NCBI GenBank assembly: GCA_008690995.1
Contig: VRMN01000010.1
Coordinates: 1-64,000, forward strand
Reading direction: 5' to 3'
Source of the DNA: Porphyridium purpureum
Taxonomy: Eukaryota
DNA length: 64,000 nucleotides
The translations under genes were made by a program, and so were the position numbers. Positions 1 to 8,520 of the stretch are shown piece by piece. Below the pieces are notes generated by a model. That model made no database searches, had not been told where the DNA came from, and saw only the letters and a list, made by a program, of their open reading frames with translations. The stretch's first letter is position 1. Each line of letters begins with the position of its first letter.

Positions 1-445
1 CAGGCGGTCCGACGGAGCGGCACTCGCGGCAGCGGCGCGTCGCAAGCAGGCCTCCTTCCAGGCTGCTGCGCGCACCGGCGACGCTGCTGGCGTGTCGTTC
101 CAGGCGGTCATTCTGGACACGTACGGCCGGCGCGAACAGTGCGGAGCCGCGTTTCTGGAGACTCTGGTGGCGGCGTACATGCGGCACCGTGGAGTCAGCA
201 AGATGCTGGCGAGCACGGCGCTCCACCGGTCGCTGTCGCTTGCGGTATACCGCTCGGTGGCGGCGGCGGTGCTTCTACGGCACCCGGGCCCGACTCTGCC
301 AGTTGCCTCGCAGCACTGGCTGGAGACGGGCAGGCGCCTCTTTGTAGGCGAGGTACTCTCGGAATCGGAGGCAGAGTCGCACTGACTTTGCTGATACATA
401 GGTAAAGCACTTAGGCCCTTTAGATTTATAATGTAAAACGATTTC
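1..445 (+). mobile_element. 3' end of a non-LTR retrotransposon with a restriction-like endonuclease (CRE/SLACS/MoTeR-like); ORF is open from the window edge to the stop at 385
   Basis: Frame 2 reads AAARRKQASF...FQAVILDTYG...AAFLETL...LSLAVYR, the typical RLE C-terminus pattern (K..KY...F.P...ET.G...L....S.A..R). A short AT-rich 3' UTR ends ...TTC directly at the 11-mer repeat. Confidence 0.65.
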
Positions 446-471
446 AGAGTAACCCTAGAGTAACCCTAGAG
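446..471 (+). repeat. 2.4 copies of AGAGTAACCCT (reverse strand TTACTCTAGGG), candidate telomeric repeat
   Basis: agagtaaccct agagtaaccct agag read directly; the same motif recurs at 1044, 8442 and 43446. Confidence 0.7.
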
Positions 472-1043
472 CACGACCCGGCGACTTTTCCTTCGACAAC
501 AATGTCGTCGATGTTGCCGTGGTCGCGCCAGACCGGGTCGCCGCCGCTCGCTCGGAAGCGCGGCTCTTTTGCTGCCGCTCGCTGCGGCACCAGTCGGCTC
601 CGTTGGCCACGCAGCCAACATGGTGGCCTTCATCGTCACCACGTACGGCAACGTGGACGCGCCCGCACGTGCGCTTCTTTCTGTGCTCGCGCGCGGCACG
701 CCCGCGTGCGCCAGGTCCCGCCCAGCGGGCGCTGACCGTCCTCGCGGCCGTGTCCTGGCCGTGTACCGCGCCGCCGCACATGGCATTCTCTTGCGGTATG
801 CTCTGGCCCTCACGGCGAGCGGGCTGCGCTGCTCCCCCATGTGACGCGAATCGGCCCTCACGGCGAGCGGGCTGCGCTGGCTCCCCCATGTGACGCGAAT
901 GCTCGGCTCCTCCGAACAGAGCACCCCCGCGCACGAGGCCGGCGCCCTCCAACTTAGCCCCGTGAGCTGATCCAACTTCAGCTCCGACCACGATGAGTCA
1001 TCGTCTCCCTGAATTGGTTAAATTTTAACAATAAACTCAATTC
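472..1043 (+). mobile_element. Second, 5'-truncated and frameshifted RLE non-LTR retroelement fragment
   Basis: RPGDFSFDNNVVDVAV (PD..D nuclease motif, from 474), then across frameshifts RKRGSFAAA, VAFIVTTYG and LAVYRAAAHGILLRY, collinear with the first element. Internal ~48-bp duplication at 805-900. Ends ...ATTC at the 11-mer. Confidence 0.65.
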
Positions 1044-1056
1044 AGAGTAACCCTAG
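1044..1056 (+). repeat. Single telomere-like unit AGAGTAACCCTAG
   Basis: Exact match to the 446-471 motif, at the junction between element and satellite. Confidence 0.65.
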
Positions 1057-1472
1057 TGTTCAGTGCACTTGCGTAGTGTCCAGTGCGCGTTCGTAGTGTT
1101 CAGTCGTCCTCAGTAATGTTCAGTCGTCTTCAGTAGTGTTCAGTTCGATTCAGTAGTGTTCAGTGCACTTGCGTAGTGTCCGGTGCGCGTGCGTAGTGTT
1201 CAGTCGTCTTCAGCAGTGTTCAGCTCGTTTCAGTAGTGTTCAGTCGTTTTTAGTAGTGTTCAGCTCGATTCAGTAGGGTCCAGTGTGCTTCAGTAGTGTT
1301 CAGCTCGATTCAGTAGGGTCCAGTGTGCTTGCGTAGTGTTCAGTTCGATTCAGTAGTGTCCAGTGCGCTTGCGTAGTGTTCAGTGCACTTCATGAGTGTT
1401 CAGTGCGATTCAGTAGTGGTCAGTGTGATTCAATAGTGTTCAGTTCACTTCAGTAGTGTTCAGCGCGCTTCA
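1057..1472. repeat. Subtelomeric 20-bp minisatellite (CAGTAGTGTTCAGTNNNNTT-like, ~20 copies, 10-bp sub-period)
   Basis: Repeating cagtagtgtt/cagt.. units are visible throughout. Confidence 0.9.
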
Positions 1473-1519
1473 GCGTGATCATCCGCGCTCAGTCTCACTC
1501 GCGCGTATGCACACCCGCG

Positions 1520-2010
1520 CTAACCCGCTGCGCAGCTGGTTGTGCAGACTGCGTTTACCAACACGGTATGATGAGCGTGCAAAGCGTACAGCTCCCCTAC
1601 GCATCCCTGCTCCGCGGCCTTGCGCCACCACTCAATTGTCGCGATCTTGTCGGTACGCAGTCTGCGTAACCCGTTAAAAAGGGAAGCGAGCAACTGCACT
1701 GTGACCACGCGCCTCACTATTCTGCGGCCTTGTAGAACCACTTGATCACCGTGTTCTTGTCTTCAGGCAGACCGCCTAACCCATGAGAATAAGAAGTGCC
1801 CAGTTGCACGGCGCCTGTGCGTCTCCGGATTCCGTGGCTAGAGTAGCAGTAGCGTGTCTCTGAACCATGGATCAGCGGCACCACTTGACCGCTGTGCAAT
1901 GACCTGTGCCTAGATCGCTCCACTTATTCTCGCATCAGCGGGCCAAGTTGTTCTGGCTGCCTGCGTCTCCCTGTTCCGCCGCATTGCACCACCACTTGAT
2001 CGCCGCGCGA
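1520..2010 (-). pseudogene. Degenerate Sel1-repeat gene relic
   Basis: Fragments LGTSYSHGLGGLPEDKNTVIKWFYKAAE and IEWWRKAAEQG match the Sel1 units at 12.8-14 kb; broken by stops and frameshifts. Confidence 0.75.
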
Positions 2011-2500
2011 TGGTCACTTGTCAGATCGCGTTCGCCGTTGTCTTACAACAGGGCCACAGTTTTGCACGCGACCGCGAGTACCTCTTCCGTGGCCTTGCGG
2101 TATCACCACCCTGTCATGCGCTTGTTTTGCGCCGACCACTCCACGCGTGCGTACCATTCTCACCTGGCCTCCACTGCAAGCCCGCATCTCCCGCCTGTGC
2201 CGCGTTCTGCACAGATCTCAAGCTTATGCACGGCATGCGCGCTGTGCTGATCGCCGCGCGAGTGTCACTTGTCAGATCGCGTTCGCCGTTGTCTTACAAC
2301 AGGGCCACAGTTTTGCACGCGACCGCGAGTACCTCTTCCGTGGTCTTGCGGTATCACCACCCTGTCATGCGCTTGTTTTTGCGCCGACCACTCCATGCGT
2401 GCGTACCATTCTCACCTGGCCTCCACTGCAAGCCCACATCTCCCGCTTGTGCCGCGTTCTGCACAGATCACGAGCTTACGCGCGACCTACGCGCTGTGCT
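1997..2500. repeat. Tandem duplication, 251-bp unit
   Basis: tgatcgccgcgcga..gtcacttgtcagatc starts at both 1997 and 2248; the two copies are near identical. Confidence 0.9.
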
Positions 2501-2634
2501 GACGCATGGTCTGATGATCACTCCTCCTCCAAGCAACACAACAAGACGCCTTGCAGATCATGACGCGGAGGGGCCTTCTACAAGATTGCATGCACCTTTC
2601 GTCCTTGGATCGCACGACCCGCCACGGGCACTTT

Positions 2635-2701
2635 GAGCTCAACGTTTGCCCCTAGAGCTCAACGTTTGCCCCTAGAGCTCAACGTGTGCCCCTAAAGCTC
2701 A
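2635..2701. repeat. 20-bp tandem repeat GAGCTCAACGTTTGCCCCTA x3.3
   Basis: Read directly; unit junctions form CCCTAGAG, shared with the 11-mer. Confidence 0.9.
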
Positions 2702-3169
2702 CTCGGACGAATAATCGGCGCGACAAAACTTCTCGAGCGACCGCTGTGGAGTGCACGAGCCCGTATACACCATACGCAGGCCGTTACCTCTTTGACGCCG
2801 CCCACCCAAAACCAGATTTGTATTTTGTACGGCCACAGCTGCGCATACGGTAAAGAAGATCTGCCGGCACGTTGTCCGACACCAATCGACGCTTGCGCAA
2901 TGTCCGCGCGCTAGATGTCTCACTCGATAGGCACCGAGCGATGCCAGTTTGTATTGAACGCGTCGTGGTGCTGACTTCAACACCTTTTCTCTGCGAGTCT
3001 TCGAATAGTACCTAAAATGCGACTGAAGCGCTGAACATCTGTAACCCCTGCTCTTTCATCCTATCCGGCTTTGAACTTGCCTACAGCGTGATCGCGCGTA
3101 AAGTGAAGGTCGGCAAGCTTTTCGTTCCAAGTTGGTTGAGCTCAAGTTGTGCGGAAGTGGCTGGAAAGG

Positions 3170-6100
3170 ATGCCGCACTTTTTGTGCAGAAAGGGCTGCG
3201 GCTCAGTCTTGACCAGTCAGAGCGCGCGCGACGTGCATGAGCGCTACTGTTTCTTACAGAGCGAGGACATCGATGGAATGTGCTGTCCAGAATGCATATT
3301 TGCTGTGAAGGTCACACCAGGAGAAGAAAAGAAAGCGCGGGCATACATTCGCAGGCATATGACTCGTATGCACCCCAGGCATTTGTCACGCTCCCCTTTC
3401 ATTGCTCCTTGCGCATCATTCGCGACGGCCAAAGGGAACACACTTCGACAAAACATCTGTAGCTCGGTCCGCTCCGCTCGCGCGATTGTCATTGGAACTA
3501 ACGCTGTGGCATCATCTTCCGCTGTCCGTGCAATCATGGACACGCCGTTGCAGCCGTACAATCCGGCGCGTACGCTGACTGGATCAGCATTGACGACGTT
3601 GGGATTTTACGACACATATGAAGACATGCTTGAAGCGTACTCACATGCCATTCGAGAACCAGCAGAGGAGAGTGTCATCTATGCGCGAGAGTGGTGTGAA
3701 TTTGCGAGGCGGGCAATCAGGCTTGCTCTCAAGACCACGCCACATCTGCTGAGAATTCCCGTGCCTGGCAAGCAGGGCAACCCATCGGAGCTTGACATGC
3801 ATGACCCAGAGGTATGGAGCGATGGATCAAAGTATAGAACTTTGGCGACCCTCAAAGACGAGACTTTGGAAAAGCGCATCCCGAACATCGCACGACTGTT
3901 TTCCTTTTACGCTTACTGGCTTTTGCAAATGAATCTCGAGGACGTCGTTGTGAAATACGAGCAGACCCACGTGCCAAGCAATACTCGTCCTGTGGTTGGC
4001 GCCCTTCAAAGCATTTTGAACTATGCACTTGAGCAACCTACAACATCCACCGGAAACACACGGCCAGCTGCACGCGAATTTTTGCGCTCGCACGCGCTCC
4101 AGCAAGTGAGTGACCGAAACGGAGAGCCATCAAGTATCCACGACGAAATGTCTGGATCGCAGTCCGGCACGTGTTTGACCAGTCGCAGTGCCTTAACGAT
4201 AAGTGAGTTGTCAGCCACGCAGCTCTGGGTTTTGAGAGCTGCGTGGGTTGTGAGGCTAATTGTGAAAGAGAAAGACCGGGAAATACAAACCTCAAACGAC
4301 ACGATTCTTTCCGACGTTCCCTGTGCGCAAGTACTGTACATGATGCACTCCGTCTTCAGAAGCGCGCAAGAGCCATCCACGTACGTGGCATGGAAAGCTA
4401 TGGGCAATGGTTCCTGGATGCACTTAAAGACGGAAGTGCTGGTGCAAGCAAAGGTCTTTGGTAATTTGTACAATGGCTCCAGAGCGGCCGCTCGAGCTTT
4501 GGTTGCCCGAGTTCTTGGAGCGCGCGATAACTTTTCGGTCCGGGTGTTGTCGCAGCATAATACAACGGCGCCAATGCTCGGTGAAATTATACTCGATGGC
4601 AGTGAACGACATGCAGCTCAGCCTGCGGAACTGCTCGCGAGCGCCAGACGCCAGAACATCGATTTCAACGCACTGAGCAATTTTGCATTACTTGCGTTCT
4701 CTGCCGCGTGTGCCCCGCCGCGAAAGTCAAGTATGGAAACTTTTGTTCTCGCTAGCCGAAGTGTTGGAAATTCACTTAGACCTGTTTTAAATACTCGTGT
4801 AGTGAGAGTTGTCGAGGTTGTTGAGAAGAAATTGGGTCGCGCGCTTGCAACTGAAACTGTTGAGCATCTTCCAACTGAGGAAGTCGCAGAAGTGCTGCTT
4901 ATCATGCATTGGATTGCGAGTGCATATATTGACGAGATACTTGGCCAGCAAAATCAGGGGCAAAATGTACCTGAGAGCATTGACTTTCGAAACTTTGGGG
5001 CCTGCGCCAGCAGAACGACTTGTGCAGCACTTAATCCGGAGGAGTGGATTGCACAAGTAGAATGTGCTGTTGGGCAGTTCTGCGCCGTGCCCATGACCTT
5101 ACGGGACTTGCGCAATCTTTACTTGCATTGCGTACGAGACAACGCTGACGCTTTCCGAGGAATTGCCGCCCCGCAAGGGATACAGCCCGTAGACACACCT
5201 GCGCAAAAGTACAAGATCCGCGGCGCAGGTCACTCGCTTGCGACAGACGCCGCATTCTACCTGGCTTCAGTAAAAGACGAAGACTGGTTTGCATTCACAG
5301 TGGAATGTCGCGACGCATGGCTTGCACTGATTGGCGCGGAAACTCACGCTTCGTCACGGATGGGCTCCGTGCATCCGAGAGAGCTTTCGCTCGGAGAATG
5401 GGCCTCACTGGCGGGTTTGACGCCAGACACATTGCTCCGTGATGTATATGGTAGCGCTTCCGTCGCCAGCCCGCAAGCAAGGAAGCAGCTTGAAATGCTG
5501 AACGAAATTCTGATGGACAAGAACGTTTGCGTACAATATCCTTGCGGAAGTGGTAAGTCAGCATCATACTTGTGCATGGAGAAAGTCGTTCGCTTGCAAG
5601 GTGCCTTTGTTCTGCTTTTGGTACCGCTTCGCGTTTCCATGTTTGCTGCATTGCAGGAGGCAAGAAGTAGAAGGATTGAAGCCGTTGACTTGTACTCATG
5701 TACCGAGCGTTCGCATGGCGGCCTCGTCGTCACCAGCATGGATGCACTTGCATCACAACGTGCAGCTCTTAGACGCATTGCAGAACGCATCGCACTCGTT
5801 GTCGTGGACGAGAGTCACGTCGTACTAGAACATAGCTCGTTCCGCGAGTCAATGTCCGTCAAGCTGAGCGCGTCGCTTTTGACGAAATCCTGCTTTGTAT
5901 TTCTCAGTGCGACGATAAGTGAAGATGCTGCTGCGTTCGTTGCCAAAGAGTTTGGTGTGACCATCGACTCCTTTTTGCGTGCACGACCACTTCGAGAATC
6001 ATTGAACATCAGCGTGACAGAGTTTGGCACGAGCGCAATCTGCACTCAACAGATTACGGCCGCCATCCAGGAAAATGCGCTTGCTCGTCGTGGGCGTGCA

Positions 6101-7444
6101 CTGATAATGTGTGCTACTCATGCAGAAGCCGACACATGGTTTGACGAAATGAGAAAGTCTTACTCGGATGCATGTTACAAACTGACAGCACGTGAAGCTC
6201 TCGACGCTGAGGCATTGCAGCAAGCGCGGGTAATCGTTGGCACATCCGCTGTGAGCTCATCTCTGAATTGCAAATCTGTTTTGTACTGCGCCGTGATGCG
6301 CGGAGCACATTCGCTCAGCCAAGTGGTCCAAGCATGGGGCAGAGTTGGTCGCGACGGTGAGCACGCCCGCTGCGAATTTTTCTTCGACAGAAATTTCCAG
6401 AACGCATTGGACCAGCGTGACAGCCCGAGCATTCGCCAGGTTCCAGGTTTTGAGCGCGACCCTTGGCATAGTAAAGCCGGTCTACGGCGCTTCGTTGAGA
6501 GTGCACTTGACTTATCCTCTCACGAAGTTCACAGCGTGCTCAACCTTTTAACCACTCGCTCCATGGTGACTCAGACAGCCAACCCAGTGACGGTGCCGCA
6601 GCCAAGCTTGCACGAGATGGTGCGGCCAAGTACGCACGTGGTTGCAGAACCAAGTTCGGGCATGATAGCGCAACCGACGTCGTACATGCTGGCACAGCCA
6701 AGCTCGCACACGGTCGCAGCGCCAAGCTCGCACACGGTCGCAGCGCCAAGCTCGCACACGGTCGCAGCGCCAAGCTCGCACACGGTTGCAGCGCCAAGCT
6801 CGCACACGGTTGCAGCGCCAAGCTCGCACGTAATGGCGCAGCCCACTTCGCACGTGCCGGAGCAACCAACTTTGCACTTGCTCGCGCAGGCCAGCTCGCA
6901 GCAGCACGAGGCGACGCCACTGGCTAGCTCTGCACCAGCGCGCGCGCTGGGCGAGCAATTACAGACGATCAGACAAGCAAGAGCGACATGGAATACTGCA
7001 ATGTACAAATGCATCTGGTGCAGTGGTGTCACATGTCTTGGCACATGCCAGAATCCGAACAGGTTTCCCAACACCTGCCCATACTGTGGGTTTCGATACT
7101 CACGGTCATCTGCAGCGGCCCACGTCTCCTGCAGCAAACGGTCGGCCGGAAATATCATCAGACCAAGACTCGCGCCAAACTTGGGCATGTGTTTCCGTTG
7201 TCTGGCCCCCACCGAAGTGTGCGAAAAGAAATGCGAAAAGGCTCCGAGCGCCTTAAAGCACAGAATGGAAGCCGTGTATCGGAAAGCTTTCTCCTTGATG
7301 GGCACTCCCGGATCTGGTGGAGCAGAAGAGTTGACCATCTTCTACACACACAAGCTGTGCGAACTCGTGAGCTGGGAAGGCTTCGAGTTGTACAAGCGAG
7401 CGACAAAGCTCATGGCGAATGAATGGAGCCTTCAGAAAGTATAA
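3170..7444 (+). CDS. Telomere-linked-helicase-like protein: N-terminal zinc fingers, tyrosine-recombinase-like region, RecQ-like SF2 helicase, Cys-rich C-terminus
   Basis: CxxxC..HxxxC and CPEC..HxxxxH fingers; helicase motifs PCGSGKS, LLVPL, VVDESH, LSAT, QAWGRVGRDG; YR-like PPR(4721)...LRDLR(5111)...AGH(5231)x8Y(5258); C-terminal CxxC pairs. First ATG at 3170. Confidence 0.85.
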   Translation: MPHFLCRKGCGSVLTSQSARDVHERYCFLQSEDIDGMCCPECIFAVKVTPGEEKKARAYIRRHMTRMHPRHLSRSPFIAPCASFATAKGNTLRQNICSSVRSARAIVIGTNAVASSSAVRAIMDTPLQPYNPARTLTGSALTTLGFYDTYEDMLEAYSHAIREPAEESVIYAREWCEFARRAIRLALKTTPHLLRIPVPGKQGNPSELDMHDPEVWSDGSKYRTLATLKDETLEKRIPNIARLFSFYAYWLLQMNLEDVVVKYEQTHVPSNTRPVVGALQSILNYALEQPTTSTGNTRPAAREFLRSHALQQVSDRNGEPSSIHDEMSGSQSGTCLTSRSALTISELSATQLWVLRAAWVVRLIVKEKDREIQTSNDTILSDVPCAQVLYMMHSVFRSAQEPSTYVAWKAMGNGSWMHLKTEVLVQAKVFGNLYNGSRAAARALVARVLGARDNFSVRVLSQHNTTAPMLGEIILDGSERHAAQPAELLASARRQNIDFNALSNFALLAFSAACAPPRKSSMETFVLASRSVGNSLRPVLNTRVVRVVEVVEKKLGRALATETVEHLPTEEVAEVLLIMHWIASAYIDEILGQQNQGQNVPESIDFRNFGACASRTTCAALNPEEWIAQVECAVGQFCAVPMTLRDLRNLYLHCVRDNADAFRGIAAPQGIQPVDTPAQKYKIRGAGHSLATDAAFYLASVKDEDWFAFTVECRDAWLALIGAETHASSRMGSVHPRELSLGEWASLAGLTPDTLLRDVYGSASVASPQARKQLEMLNEILMDKNVCVQYPCGSGKSASYLCMEKVVRLQGAFVLLLVPLRVSMFAALQEARSRRIEAVDLYSCTERSHGGLVVTSMDALASQRAALRRIAERIALVVVDESHVVLEHSSFRESMSVKLSASLLTKSCFVFLSATISEDAAAFVAKEFGVTIDSFLRARPLRESLNISVTEFGTSAICTQQITAAIQENALARRGRALIMCATHAEADTWFDEMRKSYSDACYKLTAREALDAEALQQARVIVGTSAVSSSLNCKSVLYCAVMRGAHSLSQVVQAWGRVGRDGEHARCEFFFDRNFQNALDQRDSPSIRQVPGFERDPWHSKAGLRRFVESALDLSSHEVHSVLNLLTTRSMVTQTANPVTVPQPSLHEMVRPSTHVVAEPSSGMIAQPTSYMLAQPSSHTVAAPSSHTVAAPSSHTVAAPSSHTVAAPSSHTVAAPSSHVMAQPTSHVPEQPTLHLLAQASSQQHEATPLASSAPARALGEQLQTIRQARATWNTAMYKCIWCSGVTCLGTCQNPNRFPNTCPYCGFRYSRSSAAAHVSCSKRSAGNIIRPRLAPNLGMCFRCLAPTEVCEKKCEKAPSALKHRMEAVYRKAFSLMGTPGSGGAEELTIFYTHKLCELVSWEGFELYKRATKLMANEWSLQKV
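6697..6829 (+). repeat. 24-bp coding minisatellite encoding (PSSHTVAA)n
   Basis: gccaagctcgcacacggt(c/t)gcagc x5.5, with degenerate units on either side. Confidence 0.95.
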
Positions 7445-7924
7445 AACCGACACTAGCTCCACTCTGCATGTGTGATTGCCTCATGAGTAAAAACACTGTG
7501 GTACGCTGCTGCCCATTGCCCACAACCCGCCGCCCCGTCCTCAAACTTCTCTAGACCACTCCTCGACCGCTTCGACCCCGACGACCACCCTCGCTCACAC
7601 TCCACGGCTAAAGGCTTGCCCACGAACACTGTAGGGATGACATTGAAATGAACATCGACCCGTCAAATGCAATCGTTTTAGTACGATGATTACTCTTACT
7701 AAAATAATTCTCCCACATAGAAACCAGAGGCTTCTGTACCAAAACGCTCATTTTGATCAGGAAAAGTTGTAAACATGGGGGTTCCGCATATGCGCTTGCC
7801 ATGGCGAGTTTTCGTGGCAAAGTGGCCTCGCTGTATGATTTGACTTTGGAAAGCTAGATTTCACTGGTAAAATCCATGCGCTCATGTAGTTGCCGCCTGT
7901 TTAACTAAAGACACGCTTCCTTTT

Positions 7925-8273
7925 GGTGACCACCCCCTCAGATTGATGCCATTTAAGTACAGAATGTGTATAAGTAACTGGAGCATTTTTATACACTTGC
8001 ATATGGTGACTACCCCCTCAGGAAACAATCATTTAGATACAACACGTCTCTATGAAAATGAGATACTTTCATACGCTTTCACACGGTGACTACCCCCTTA
8101 CGTTTGGTGACTACCCCCTCAAACAAGACGATTTTACCACGAAATTTCCTTCTGAAAAAAGCTAAATTTGTACTGAGTTTTGCATAAGCATTTCAATGCA
8201 ATTTTTGTAGCAGATGGTGACCACCCCGTAGCATTTGAAAACCACTAATATAGCAGATAGTGACTACCCCTCA
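7925..8273 (+). repeat. Six copies of GGTGAC(T/C)ACCCCCTCA-like motif, probably transposon subterminal binding sites
   Basis: Copies at 7925, 8005, 8085, 8106, 8216 and 8259; the first three are exactly 80 bp apart. Confidence 0.8.
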
Positions 8274-8520
8274 AAACCATTAAATCGAAGGACTGGCTCG
8301 AAGTAGGAGGCGTTTGAGAAAGGCGAAAATGTCTGCGGGTAGCTCTTCTCTGGCTCCACATTTGCCTGTGAAAACACTGGGCAATGCACTTTCCATTAAT
8401 GAGCTACACTAGGAAAAGGAAACCCTAACGCGAATTGCTATTAGAGTAACCCTAGAATGGAACTGTCCAACAAAATTAGATTATTTTGTAGCAAGCAACG
8501 GAACGTACTGTACCTCTGAG

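Noticed and set aside
1057..1472. CRISPR array or the telomere repeat itself
   Set aside because: Contiguous degenerate 20-bp satellite with no unique spacers and no G-run strand
7925..8273. CRISPR-like repeat/spacer appearance
   Set aside because: The repeat is only ~16 bp, spacing is irregular after the third copy, the 80-bp 'spacers' resemble each other, there are no cas genes, and the context is eukaryotic
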